Origin: a virus
Taxonomy: Duplodnaviria > Caudoviricetes
Reading direction: 5' to 3' (one strand)
DNA length: 27,992 nucleotides
IMG/VR virus record: IMGVR_UViG_3300034025_000045
Span: 1 to 27,992 of that record
The notes under the pieces: model-generated
Seen by the model: only the letters and a program-made list of their open reading frames with translations
The model's database searches: none
Told to the model about the DNA's origin: nothing
Program-made: the position numbers and the translations under genes
In this document: positions 1 to 8,177 of the stretch, in pieces
Numbering within the stretch: the stretch's first letter is position 1
Layout of the letters: each line of letters opens with the position of its first letter

Positions 1-1
1 T

Positions 2-253
2 TTCAATGTGGCCACGGACGCAGCAGCTGTCGCATACCTGCAGGCAGAGCCAGGCGTCGCAGGTACCTCCCCTGCCCTGACCGCCCAAGGTGATGACCCG
101 AATATCCATATTGTCATCAAGCCCAAAGGTGTCGGAGTGCCAGTCATGGAAGGTGTCCGAAATTATGCGGACGACGCAGCCGCTGCTGCCGGTGGCGTTC
201 CCCTCAACGGCGTTTACCGCACCGGCAATGCCCTGAAAATCCGCATCGTTTAA
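2..253 (+). CDS. C-terminal part of a tail fiber/tailspike protein (5'-truncated by the window)
   Basis: Frame is open from the window start. Ends in YADDAAAAAGGVPLNGVYRTGNALKIRIV, a motif type seen at phage tail-fiber C-termini. Directly precedes the tailspike. Confidence 0.6.
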   Translation, partial: FNVATDAAAVAYLQAEPGVAGTSPALTAQGDDPNIHIVIKPKGVGVPVMEGVRNYADDAAAAAGGVPLNGVYRTGNALKIRIV

Positions 254-262
254 AGGAATCCC

Positions 263-1747
263 ATGACTAACGCACTGACCAATGCTTCCAAACTGCGCGC
301 CTGGGCTGACCCGGTAGCGCTCGGCGCCGACCCGAGCGGGGTGATTCCTGCCGACGCCTTCATGACGGCCGCCATCGCTACCGGCCTCCCCGTCCGCATT
401 CCGGCCGGCGCCACGCTGCGTCTGATTTCCCCGATCCGCGCCTCGCTGTCAATCGGCCAGGACTTCATCCTGGTCGGTGCCGGCCGCGAGGCCTCCCGCC
501 TGCTGTTCTCCGAAGCGTCGGCTGGCGGCATCGCGGTCACCTACAGCAGCAATGCGGGCGGCCAAGCCCAGGGTAACAAGACCGCGGTCCGAATCAGCGG
601 ACTCGATATCGAGACCGAGCGTGCCGGCGGCGGTGCTGCGATCAGCATCATCAACACGCCGCCCGCTGGCCAGGTGAACGAGACGCAGGTCGCCGTCGAC
701 CTGCAGGACCTGCGCACGAACGGCGCGAGCGACGCAGCCTACTGGGACGTCCATCAGGAACTGCGCAACGTGACTTTTCCGAGCCTGCGGGACATGGAGG
801 CGCAGGACGCGTCCAACCGCGGCATTGCGCTCTCGCTGAACAGCACTGGCGACTACAGCGCGGTCGAGTTCGCGATCGACAACTACCGCGCCAACCAGGT
901 CGGTGTCGGCATGCGAGTGCGCGGCCGCTGCGAGGGCGTCTACGCGTCGCACATGGTCATTGTCGGCGGGAAGATCGGCATCGACTGGCAAGCCACGACC
1001 GTCGCCGGCGGTAAAAAGCCGCTCCTGCTGCTGACCGCCTCGCACATCAACGTGACCGAGACGGCCGTCAAGGGTATCGATATCGCCCAGGTGATCGCGT
1101 CCGACACACTTGTGTACGTGACCAACTCGACCACGGCCCCATCGGTCGGCTTTGACTTCTCGGCCACCGGCAACCTGTCGAATGAGAATCATCGCCTGAG
1201 CGGCGTGACCATCATCGGACTCGGTTCGCGCATCGGATCGCAGTCGACCGGCGTCAAGCTCGGCGCAGACGTGGCCGGCTGCACGATCGACGCCAAGATC
1301 GACAACCTGAACCTGGGAGTGGAGAACCTGGGCCTGCGCAACCTGCTGGCCGCCAGCTCGTCGATCTCGAACTGCAACACGCGCACTACCGGCTTTTCCG
1401 ACCTCGGCTATTACGGCGAGATCGGCACCACCATCAGCGCCGACGACACGCTGCAGATGGAGCTGTCGAACGGCTCGCACTATTCCCGTGACCGCGGCCG
1501 TGAGCAGCTGCGCGTGGAGACCTTCGTGCACACGGTTGGTTCGTCGACCGAGACGATCACGCGCGCCTATGACCGCCCCTTCCGTACCGACACCATCGTG
1601 GTCATTCCGTGCTTCGGCGAAGGCGTGTCGAACCCCGGTCTGTCCGTCAATACGGCTGCTTCAACGAAGGACAACGCGTCGTTCACCATCACCGGCGCGA
1701 CGCCGGGCGACACCTATCGAATCAACTACATCGCCTACGGCTATTAA
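263..1747 (+). CDS. Tailspike / receptor-binding protein, predicted parallel beta-helix (pectate-lyase-like depolymerase)
   Basis: AAGGA RBS. N-terminal LGADPSG..D....AAIATG..VRIPAG motif typical of beta-helix starts. Rich in G/N/S/T/V/I. C-terminal beta-sandwich-like end (YRINYIAYGY). Lies before the lysis genes. Confidence 0.75.
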   Translation: MTNALTNASKLRAWADPVALGADPSGVIPADAFMTAAIATGLPVRIPAGATLRLISPIRASLSIGQDFILVGAGREASRLLFSEASAGGIAVTYSSNAGGQAQGNKTAVRISGLDIETERAGGGAAISIINTPPAGQVNETQVAVDLQDLRTNGASDAAYWDVHQELRNVTFPSLRDMEAQDASNRGIALSLNSTGDYSAVEFAIDNYRANQVGVGMRVRGRCEGVYASHMVIVGGKIGIDWQATTVAGGKKPLLLLTASHINVTETAVKGIDIAQVIASDTLVYVTNSTTAPSVGFDFSATGNLSNENHRLSGVTIIGLGSRIGSQSTGVKLGADVAGCTIDAKIDNLNLGVENLGLRNLLAASSSISNCNTRTTGFSDLGYYGEIGTTISADDTLQMELSNGSHYSRDRGREQLRVETFVHTVGSSTETITRAYDRPFRTDTIVVIPCFGEGVSNPGLSVNTAASTKDNASFTITGATPGDTYRINYIAYGY

Positions 1748-1772
1748 CCCGCCTGCAGCCATCCTCCTAAAA

Positions 1773-2168
1773 ATGAAAGCACAAAAAATGAGCGAACCCT
1801 TTTCTGGCACAGCCGCCGGTGTAGCCGGCTGGAAGATCATCGGTGGCCTGGCCGGAATGGGCGCCATCGGCGCCGGCCTGGCTGCCTTCGTCGTCATGGC
1901 CATGACCAAGCCCAAGAGCGACCAGGAATGGCGCGTGGCCCTGATCTGCACGCTCGTCGGCTCGATCGGCGGCGGCGCGGCACTGGTGCGCTACCTTGGT
2001 ATCCAGCACTGGGTCGAAGACCCGTTCGGCATGGTCGCTATGCTGGCCGTCGTGTTCGCGTGCGGCCTGCCCGCCTGGGGCATCGTGCGCGCGCTGTTCA
2101 AGTACATCGACAAGCGCCGCGACGCCGACCTGGCCGAAATCGTGCGCGAAGTGCGGGAGGTGCTGTAA
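1773..2168 (+). CDS. Holin, three predicted TM helices (alternative start at 1788)
   Basis: Three hydrophobic segments and a charged C-terminus (KYIDKRRDADLAEIVREVREVL). Stop overlaps the endolysin start (TAATG). Confidence 0.75.
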   Translation: MKAQKMSEPFSGTAAGVAGWKIIGGLAGMGAIGAGLAAFVVMAMTKPKSDQEWRVALICTLVGSIGGGAALVRYLGIQHWVEDPFGMVAMLAVVFACGLPAWGIVRALFKYIDKRRDADLAEIVREVREVL

Positions 2169-2632
2169 TGCCGCCGAGCGCCTTCATCGCCATGCTACTG
2201 CCGGCCGCGCAGGCCTGCCAGCGCGCCCACGGTATTCCCGCTTCCTTCACCCTGGCCCAGGCCGCGCTCGAGTCCGGCTGGGGCGAGCGTGCGCCGGGCA
2301 ACAACCTGTTCGGCGTGAAAGCCGACCGGGCCTGGAAGGGCAAGACTGTCGACGTGCCCACGCATGAAGTCGTCGGCGGCAAGCGCGTCGCAATGGTCTG
2401 CAAGTTCCGCGCTTACACGACCCTCTCCGATTCCATCGCTGATCGAGCCGACTTCTTCCTGAAGAACAAACGCTATGCGGCGTGCTTCAAGGAGCGGGAC
2501 GGCGAAGGCTGGGCGCGCGCCGTAGCTGAAGCTGGCTATGCCACGGACCCGAGCTACACCAAGAGCCTGATCGCCGTCATGCGCGGCCGGAACATGGCCC
2601 AGTTCGACATTCTGCCCAGGGCGGCCGCGTGA
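2168..2632 (+). CDS. Endolysin, GH73 glucosaminidase / FlgJ-like muramidase
   Basis: AQAALESGWG (catalytic Glu), NNLFGVKA and GYATDPSY motifs. Starts at the ATG overlapping the holin stop. Confidence 0.9.
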   Translation: MPPSAFIAMLLPAAQACQRAHGIPASFTLAQAALESGWGERAPGNNLFGVKADRAWKGKTVDVPTHEVVGGKRVAMVCKFRAYTTLSDSIADRADFFLKNKRYAACFKERDGEGWARAVAEAGYATDPSYTKSLIAVMRGRNMAQFDILPRAAA

Positions 2633-3111
2633 GCCGCCTCGAGCGGATCCTGGTGGGCTTGATCCTGCTGGCCGGCCTGGTGGTGCTGGGCGCGCTGGGC
2701 GTGCGCTGGTACGGCACCGCGCAGTTCGCCGCAGGCCACGCCGCCGCGGTCGATGAGCGCACCGCAGCTGATGCGGTCGCCGTGCTACGCCGTACTGAAG
2801 AGAATTCCGTCCTGGCTGCGCACCAGGGCGCCATCAACCTGAAAATCACCGAGACCAAAAATGAAGAGATGCAGCCTGTTCGTGAGCGCATTGTTACTCA
2901 GCGCGTGTACGTCGGTTCCGCCATCTGTGGACCTGCCGGCGCGGCCGACACCGAAGTTTCCGCCGGCGGCGATGAAACCAATCCACCCGGCCGGCTGGTT
3001 CGACCGGACGTTGAGCGAGATATTGTCGCGCTGAAGCTGGCCATCGAGGATGACCTGGCCACCGGCCGGGCCTGTCAGGCGTCAGCACAAGAGCATGGGC
3101 TGGTGCCGTGA
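2629..3111 (+). CDS. Rz: Inner-membrane spanin (Rz-like)
   Basis: N-terminal TM anchor then an Ala-rich helical periplasmic region. Follows the endolysin and contains an embedded lipoprotein gene. Confidence 0.8.
   Translation: MSRLERILVGLILLAGLVVLGALGVRWYGTAQFAAGHAAAVDERTAADAVAVLRRTEENSVLAAHQGAINLKITETKNEEMQPVRERIVTQRVYVGSAICGPAGAADTEVSAGGDETNPPGRLVRPDVERDIVALKLAIEDDLATGRACQASAQEHGLVP
2861..3034 (+). CDS. Rz1: Outer-membrane spanin lipoprotein (Rz1-like), 57 aa, embedded in Rz in the +1 frame
   Basis: Hand translation: MKRCSLFVSALLLSAC-TSVPPSVDLPARPTPKFPPAAMKPIHPAGWFDRTLSEILSR*. Signal peptide with LSAC lipobox and Pro-rich mature part. Absent from the ORF track. Confidence 0.85.
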   Translation: MKRCSLFVSALLLSACTSVPPSVDLPARPTPKFPPAAMKPIHPAGWFDRTLSEILSR

Positions 3112-3296
3112 TGGACTTCCACCTCGCCACGCCGGCCGGCGATGTGCACCTGTTCAGCACTGCAGGCGGCAAGGTCGTACTGCCTGCGGTGCAGCTCAGC
3201 AGTGCTACACTCGACCCATGTACGGAAAAGTCAAACGCCTCCGGGACCGTGGCGCCCGCCTCTCAGACAACGACATCGCCCGCGCTGTCCCGGTAG
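3108..3296 (+). CDS. Small hypothetical protein (uncertain)
   Basis: Start overlaps the Rz stop, but the 3' part overlaps the next gene by about 80 nt. Confidence 0.3.
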   Translation: MMDFHLATPAGDVHLFSTAGGKVVLPAVQLSSATLDPCTEKSNASGTVAPASQTTTSPALSR

Positions 3297-3514
3297 AGGG
3301 CGCGGTCGTCGTCGCCGGCGTCGGCGGCACTCTTATGGCCGAAGTGCGTGACCCGGCCTCTCAGGTCGGCACCGGCCTCATCCCTCCCCTCTACGAAGTC
3401 CGGCTTCTCGGCATGCACAACGGGAAGATCCTGCTTAAGGGCGAAGAACGGCCGCAAGGTGTAGCCGGCCCGGCCTATGTGCAGGAGTGGTCGATCGCGG
3501 TCGACCCTCGCTAA
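3218..3514 (+). CDS. Hypothetical protein, 98 aa (MYGKVKRLRDRG...YVQEWSI), probably leaderless
   Basis: ATG at 3218 lies 6 nt after a TGn-TACACT extended -10 (3203-3211). Last gene before attP. Confidence 0.65.
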   Translation: MYGKVKRLRDRGARLSDNDIARAVPVEGAVVVAGVGGTLMAEVRDPASQVGTGLIPPLYEVRLLGMHNGKILLKGEERPQGVAGPAYVQEWSIAVDPR

Positions 3515-3740
3515 ATCCTTACAAAAATACAGTTGTAAGTGTTTGATTCTATTGAGGTGAAAATGTCGGAAATTGTGGGTGTTGAAGCCCCTAAATTTCG
3601 GCCCTATCCCACTGATTTACCTATGAAAAGCTGTGTTACACGACACGTTTCAGTTGTAAATATTCGCACTTGAAAGCGCGCCCGTATCTAAAGGCAGTCT
3701 GCGATTTTTACAGAAATCCGTTCAAAATTTTACGAAATCA
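3515..3740. other. attP-like phage attachment region
   Basis: AT-rich intergenic region at the 3' end of int. Perfect IHF consensus WATCAANNNNTTR on the minus strand (3536-3548). CAGTTGTAA occurs twice (3530, 3651). Arm-like repeats TTTTACAGAAATC (3706-3718) and TTTTACGAAATC (3728-3739). Confidence 0.7.
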
Positions 3741-4838
3741 CTTCGCGTTAATCGCCTTCCAACCGCCCCGGAGATCGTCGTATTTCGATGTCATCTGCGC
3801 GCTCTTATGGCCGAGCATGGCCTGCGCGAACTCGGCGCCGAACTCTTCACGGTAGAGGCGTTCCGACAAGCTGCGGATTTCATGGAAAGTCGGCGGCGTG
3901 CGGCCGTCAACAGCTTCGATCCCAGCCTTCTCGCGGGCCTTCTGGAAGGCCACGGATATGCGGGGACCCTGCACCATGTCGCCCGGCTTTGCTCCTGCTG
4001 CGCGCGCGGCGTAGTGGACCAGGTGCCGGCTCACGATCAGGTCGCGGCAACCGGCCACCACCTCGCCCACCGACACCCCCACCTTTGCCAGCCTGATCGC
4101 ACCGTCGATCTGCAGCTTCGTCTCGCCACCCGACTTGCCTTGCGCTACATGCAGGTAGCCGTCCTTATAGTCGGCAAACTTCATGTTGGCGACATCCTCG
4201 CGCCGCTGCGCTGTGACCAGGGCCAGCATCATTGCATTCTTTGCCCATACCGGCGCCTGCGCGTGGATCGCCCAGAACTGCTCAAGGCTCAACCTCTCGC
4301 GCGTGACCTTGTAGCCGGAGCTGAACGTTGCCGCCACCGGGTTCTTGCCGACCTCGATAACCCCCTGCGTCTCGGCCCATCTGAAAATGTCGCTCAGGCG
4401 CGTTCGCATGTTGCGCGCTGCGCCGGCGCCGCTGGCCTTCTCGAACGCTTCCAGGTATGCCGCGGCGTGGACCGTCTCGATATGCTTCATGCGCATCTTC
4501 GCGAAGTCGGATTCAGCCAGCCGGCCGAGCAGGCTTTTTGCGGCTCGCAGGGTGTTGTCCGCCGGCTCGGTCTTGGCCTCCCACAGCTCGCGGTACACCG
4601 GCAGCCAGGCCGCCAGCGTGTAATCCGTACGGCCGAGGGCCCAGTCAACGAGCGACGATGGTTCAAGCATGGCAAGCGCTGCGTTTGTCGCCTTCGCTGC
4701 TTGAATGGCTTTGGCCATGTCGCGCCCCAGCCCTTTCTGCGTTTTGTTTATCGGATGCTTGTAGGAGTAATAGCCCGCCGAGTTCTTGTACAAATTCGGC
4801 GGGAGACCCCTGTTTTTGGCTAATCTCTGTCGGCCCAT
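3738..4838 (-). CDS. int: Lambda-family tyrosine integrase
   Basis: N-terminal arm-binding domain (GLPPNLY...YYSYKHP...KGLG). Catalytic R (TAQRREDV), K (QGKSG), HEIR, LGH and Y (SKYDD). Confidence 0.95.
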   Translation of the reverse strand: MGRQRLAKNRGLPPNLYKNSAGYYSYKHPINKTQKGLGRDMAKAIQAAKATNAALAMLEPSSLVDWALGRTDYTLAAWLPVYRELWEAKTEPADNTLRAAKSLLGRLAESDFAKMRMKHIETVHAAAYLEAFEKASGAGAARNMRTRLSDIFRWAETQGVIEVGKNPVAATFSSGYKVTRERLSLEQFWAIHAQAPVWAKNAMMLALVTAQRREDVANMKFADYKDGYLHVAQGKSGGETKLQIDGAIRLAKVGVSVGEVVAGCRDLIVSRHLVHYAARAAGAKPGDMVQGPRISVAFQKAREKAGIEAVDGRTPPTFHEIRSLSERLYREEFGAEFAQAMLGHKSAQMTSKYDDLRGGWKAINAK

Positions 4839-4839
4839 C

Positions 4840-5028
4840 TCATTCCACGTATTGTGCGTCGCGCTTTACCTGCCACGACTTTCCTACCTTCTTCGGCTGG
4901 GGCTGAATATGCCCATAGTGCACCCAGCGGCGAAGCGTGTTGTCGTGCGGGATCTTCGAGAACATCATTGCGGCCCATTCTTGGAGAGTGACATACCGCG
5001 ATTGAATTGTCGGCTTGGTGTTTTGCAT
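4840..5028 (-). CDS. xis: Excisionase
   Basis: 62 aa, YVTLQEWA...TLRRWV..G.IQPQP.KVGKSWQV lambda-Xis-like pattern, directly upstream of int. Confidence 0.85.
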   Translation of the reverse strand: MQNTKPTIQSRYVTLQEWAAMMFSKIPHDNTLRRWVHYGHIQPQPKKVGKSWQVKRDAQYVE

Positions 5029-5037
5029 GTTCTCTCC

Positions 5038-5328
5038 TTATTTTTGAGCGATCTTGCGGTGCCAATGTTTATCGATCGGCTCAGGGTTCGGGTTCCTGGT
5101 CTCGCGCTCTTCTGAGACGTCCGGCAGCACGGCTTGCTGAGGCTGCAGGAATGGGATCACCGGCTGCTCCCCACGGAGCGCTGCATAGGCCAACTGCACC
5201 TTGACCGATGAGATAATCTTGCCTGCGGTATTGTTAATCTCGACCGCGTCCTTGGCTTCCATCGTGCCATCGCGCAGGCGATTGAACACGTTGACGAGGT
5301 CGTTGCGGATATCGGTAATGGTGGTCAT
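5038..5328 (-). CDS. Hypothetical phage protein (helical)
   Basis: AAGGA RBS. ATGA overlap with the upstream gene. Confidence 0.7.
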   Translation of the reverse strand: MTTITDIRNDLVNVFNRLRDGTMEAKDAVEINNTAGKIISSVKVQLAYAALRGEQPVIPFLQPQQAVLPDVSEERETRNPNPEPIDKHWHRKIAQK

Positions 5329-5669
5329 TCTTTTTCCTTAATAAGTCGCGTGAGGGTTATTTGCGCTCGCTTCAGTGCTACGAGTTCGCGAGGGATATCG
5401 GCACAGCGTATGTTAGTTTTCGCTGTCAAAAGTTTCTTTATGTACACATCGCTTATATTCTTTCGGCCAACCGCGGCCGCTGCTTTCTGCCACTCTGCCC
5501 TTGGAGCACGTTGCCTAGCCTGCACCTCTGGCCTGCTCTTGTACTCGCGCTGATAATCCGTAAAACACTGTTTGCACTTCGATGTGTACTGCTGCCTATC
5601 TGTTCGGAAGTAGAAGCATTCGATTGGCAGCACCTGCTTGCAGCGCCCGCACGGTTTAGCCTCTTCCAT
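5325..5669 (-). CDS. Zn-ribbon protein (CxxC...CxxC, resembling N-terminal domains of phage HNH nucleases)
   Basis: CGRCKQVLPIECFY...SKCKQC followed by a basic helix. No HNH core visible. AT-richer than its flanks. Confidence 0.65.
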   Translation of the reverse strand: MEEAKPCGRCKQVLPIECFYFRTDRQQYTSKCKQCFTDYQREYKSRPEVQARQRAPRAEWQKAAAAVGRKNISDVYIKKLLTAKTNIRCADIPRELVALKRAQITLTRLIKEKE

Positions 5670-6033
5670 TCAACGCTCCAAGGTGCAGCACTTCGCTGAA
5701 AACTTCTTCGACGTAGACACGATCGCCATATCTAAAAGCCAGTTCGATGGCGGCATACACCCTGAGGCTGTTGCTAAGTGGGCAGTGCTCGATCGAGTCG
5801 GACATTGCTGACACCGCCGTTGCGATCGCTGCCGACTCCGTCGCTACATCAGCCTGGATATCGACCACGGTTGGGTAACGATAAGTCGCCCCAGTTCCGC
5901 GCTGTGCCGCGACATAGCCCTCAAAGCGGTATTCGTTCATGCCCAAATAGTTGCCGCTCGCATCCTTGCGGATCGGGTGGCCTAGCTTCGTCATGGCCGC
6001 CTCAAAGCCTGCGCGGTACTGGTCGGTGCTCAT
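5656..6033 (-). CDS. Hypothetical phage protein
   Basis: Start MSTDQY at an ATGA overlap, with GAAGG upstream. Confidence 0.6.
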   Translation of the reverse strand: MSTDQYRAGFEAAMTKLGHPIRKDASGNYLGMNEYRFEGYVAAQRGTGATYRYPTVVDIQADVATESAAIATAVSAMSDSIEHCPLSNSLRVYAAIELAFRYGDRVYVEEVFSEVLHLGALNGRG

Positions 6034-6479
6034 GCTGCACCGCCTTCCAGTTTGATGTACCCGGCCGCCGCGGCGTGGTCGAGAATAGTCCCGCCGTTCG
6101 GAAGCATGATCTGGCCGAGGAACGCGCCCTCGAACGTCAGGATGCCTACTTCGATTGCCGTTATCTGGCCCTTGATCCAGTCGCGCAGGATCGAGCACAC
6201 GCTGATCTTGGCCTGCTCGATGGCGTTGGCTTCGTGCTGCGCCTTTGTGGCCTTGCGGCGCGCGCTGTAGGGGTTCTCGCGCAGCCAGGCGGCAGCGTAG
6301 CCACGATAGCTTGCCTTCACCGACACATCGGTGCCGCGCAGCGTGAATTGCACCAGCAGCTCGCCGGCCTGGTTATCGGTCATGGTGCCGAAGCGCGACG
6401 CGCCGAACCGAGTCAGGATCTTGCCGATCTCGTCTAGGGCAGCGCCGCCGCTCGTTGCATTGGAATATGGGAGGGTCAC
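6030..6479 (-). CDS. Hypothetical phage protein
   Basis: GGAG RBS, GTG start overlapping the upstream stop, globular composition. Confidence 0.7.
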   Translation of the reverse strand: MTLPYSNATSGGAALDEIGKILTRFGASRFGTMTDNQAGELLVQFTLRGTDVSVKASYRGYAAAWLRENPYSARRKATKAQHEANAIEQAKISVCSILRDWIKGQITAIEVGILTFEGAFLGQIMLPNGGTILDHAAAAGYIKLEGGAA

Positions 6480-7000
6480 TTTGTTTGCTCCTTTGGTGCG
6501 CCTACTGATTCAGAAATATGCCTTTCGACCCACTCGCGCACCTGCTGCCAGCGCTCGAAACCTGCGTGTTCGTTCGGCACATTGACGCTTTGGCGATGTT
6601 TTCCCCAATCTGGATAGTAGGGACGAACCGGGCCGCAGATTTCAATCTCGACCCACTTCGTACTGCTCACATGCTCATCGTTGACCCACATGATTTCGCG
6701 CGCCAGTTGCTCGGCGATGTTGAACTGCGGCGCGAGCGATTCAACGTCGTAGGTGTCGATGCTCGCCAGATTCAGGCCGCGCGCCTGCCCCACGACGCCG
6801 AGCGCGCAGAACTGTCCGTCGGCCTCCAATTCGCCCGCGACAAGTTCCTTTACCGGCATCGCATCGAGTGCCGCCAGCAGTTCGCGCAGCAGCGCCTGGC
6901 CGCGCTTGCCACGAATGGCAGAGTTCACTTGCGCGCGATACCGGCCCAGAGCCAGAGGATCGTCGTCTCCGTAATCGTCACAATATCCACTGCGGCTCAT
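6476..7000 (-). CDS. Hypothetical phage protein (MSRSGY..D..D type)
   Basis: AGGAG RBS, TAATG overlap, codon usage like the rest of the phage. Confidence 0.75.
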   Translation of the reverse strand: MSRSGYCDDYGDDDPLALGRYRAQVNSAIRGKRGQALLRELLAALDAMPVKELVAGELEADGQFCALGVVGQARGLNLASIDTYDVESLAPQFNIAEQLAREIMWVNDEHVSSTKWVEIEICGPVRPYYPDWGKHRQSVNVPNEHAGFERWQQVREWVERHISESVGAPKEQTK

Positions 7001-7926
7001 TATTCTTTCTCCTTTTTGCCTACCGGCGATACAGGCGATACAGGGGATGGGGCAGCAGGAAGTGGCATCCAGTGCGTAACCCCAGTTAGGCGCGACCCGT
7101 ATTTGTAGAATTCAGGCTTGTCGCTATGACGGCGCCCATAGAACGCGGTCGATTCGCCTTTTTCCGGCTGCGGGTAGACGATGACCTCGACGCCAAAACT
7201 TCCGCGCTTCTTGTTGTGTTCCGGCAGGCGCTCATCTACGCTGATCCAGTTCGCTGCATCTAGTGTCGCAGCCCTGGCAGCGAGGACTCGGCGCTCAATA
7301 GCGCGTCCGAATTCGATGACCGACGAAGTGGCAGCGGCGTATTCATCGCCCTCATGCGTCAAGCGCAGGCAGTCGAGTTCGATAATTTCCTCATCCGTCA
7401 GATCACCCGGTGCAGCGGCAGGAGTGGCATCGGTCGGTGCGCTGTCGCTCTTGAGCGGTGATTTTCCCCACCAGCCGTGCTTAACATCGGTCGGTGCGGC
7501 ATTGCCTGCGGTAGCGCGGCGGGCAAGTTCTGCACGAAGGTCGGCAATCTCGGCTTGCATGTAGAATTCGCCGCTTTCCGCGTGGCCGTCAGCCTCGTAC
7601 CTTTCAGACCACGTTGCGATTCCTTCGCTGCTCGGGGCGCTCTCTTGGGCTTTGGCTGTACGGTCAGCCTCAAATTTCTTTATCCCACTGGCGAGGTCCG
7701 CAAAAGGCAAGCCTGGCACTGGTTGCGCGCGCTCTGCATCCTTGTTGCTACGCGCTGGGGATGGTGTGCATTGGCCGCAGCCGACGCAGTAGCAGTTCTC
7801 GCAATCGCCGCACCACTTGCGGCAGGCTGCAAACTCGTTGCTCGGATCGGCGGCGCGCTTGGCGCACGAGAACGCCGCAGCGTCGGGTGCCGGGGGCTGC
7901 GAGGCGGGGGTAGGGGTGGTGGTCAT
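7000..7926 (-). CDS. Mosaic early protein with Cys-rich N-terminus and C-terminal DUF551 domain
   Basis: WISVDERLP...VTHWMPLP DUF551 signature. CRKWCGDCENCYCVGCGQC cluster. Confidence 0.75.
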   Translation of the reverse strand: MTTTPTPASQPPAPDAAAFSCAKRAADPSNEFAACRKWCGDCENCYCVGCGQCTPSPARSNKDAERAQPVPGLPFADLASGIKKFEADRTAKAQESAPSSEGIATWSERYEADGHAESGEFYMQAEIADLRAELARRATAGNAAPTDVKHGWWGKSPLKSDSAPTDATPAAAPGDLTDEEIIELDCLRLTHEGDEYAAATSSVIEFGRAIERRVLAARAATLDAANWISVDERLPEHNKKRGSFGVEVIVYPQPEKGESTAFYGRRHSDKPEFYKYGSRLTGVTHWMPLPAAPSPVSPVSPVGKKEKE

Positions 7927-8177
7927 GCTGGTTCCTTGTTCAGTACTTCGAGAATGGCGTCAAGCCGGGTGTTTCCATCGCCGCCGTAGGGAATGCAACG
8001 CAAATCCCATCCGGTTGGCAAGTCTTTCGCGCTGTGGACTTCGCGTTCCACGTCCACGTCAGGGCGCGCATCGCTGGCAATCTCGCGGAACTCATCTTCG
8101 GCGACCGAGTAGGCGTCTGACTCGTCCTCAGCCATGACGACCGTGCGCAACGTGAACTCAACAACGAACGGCTTCAT
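7923..8177 (-). CDS. Small acidic hypothetical protein
   Basis: GGAGAAGG RBS, ATGA overlaps at both ends. Confidence 0.7.
   Translation of the reverse strand: MKPFVVEFTLRTVVMAEDESDAYSVAEDEFREIASDARPDVDVEREVHSAKDLPTGWDLRCIPYGGDGNTRLDAILEVLNKEPA

Noticed and set aside
7022-7048. 9-bp tandem repeat encoding SPVSPVSPV
   Set aside because: Short low-complexity linker at a protein C-terminus, with no sign of an array or phase variation.
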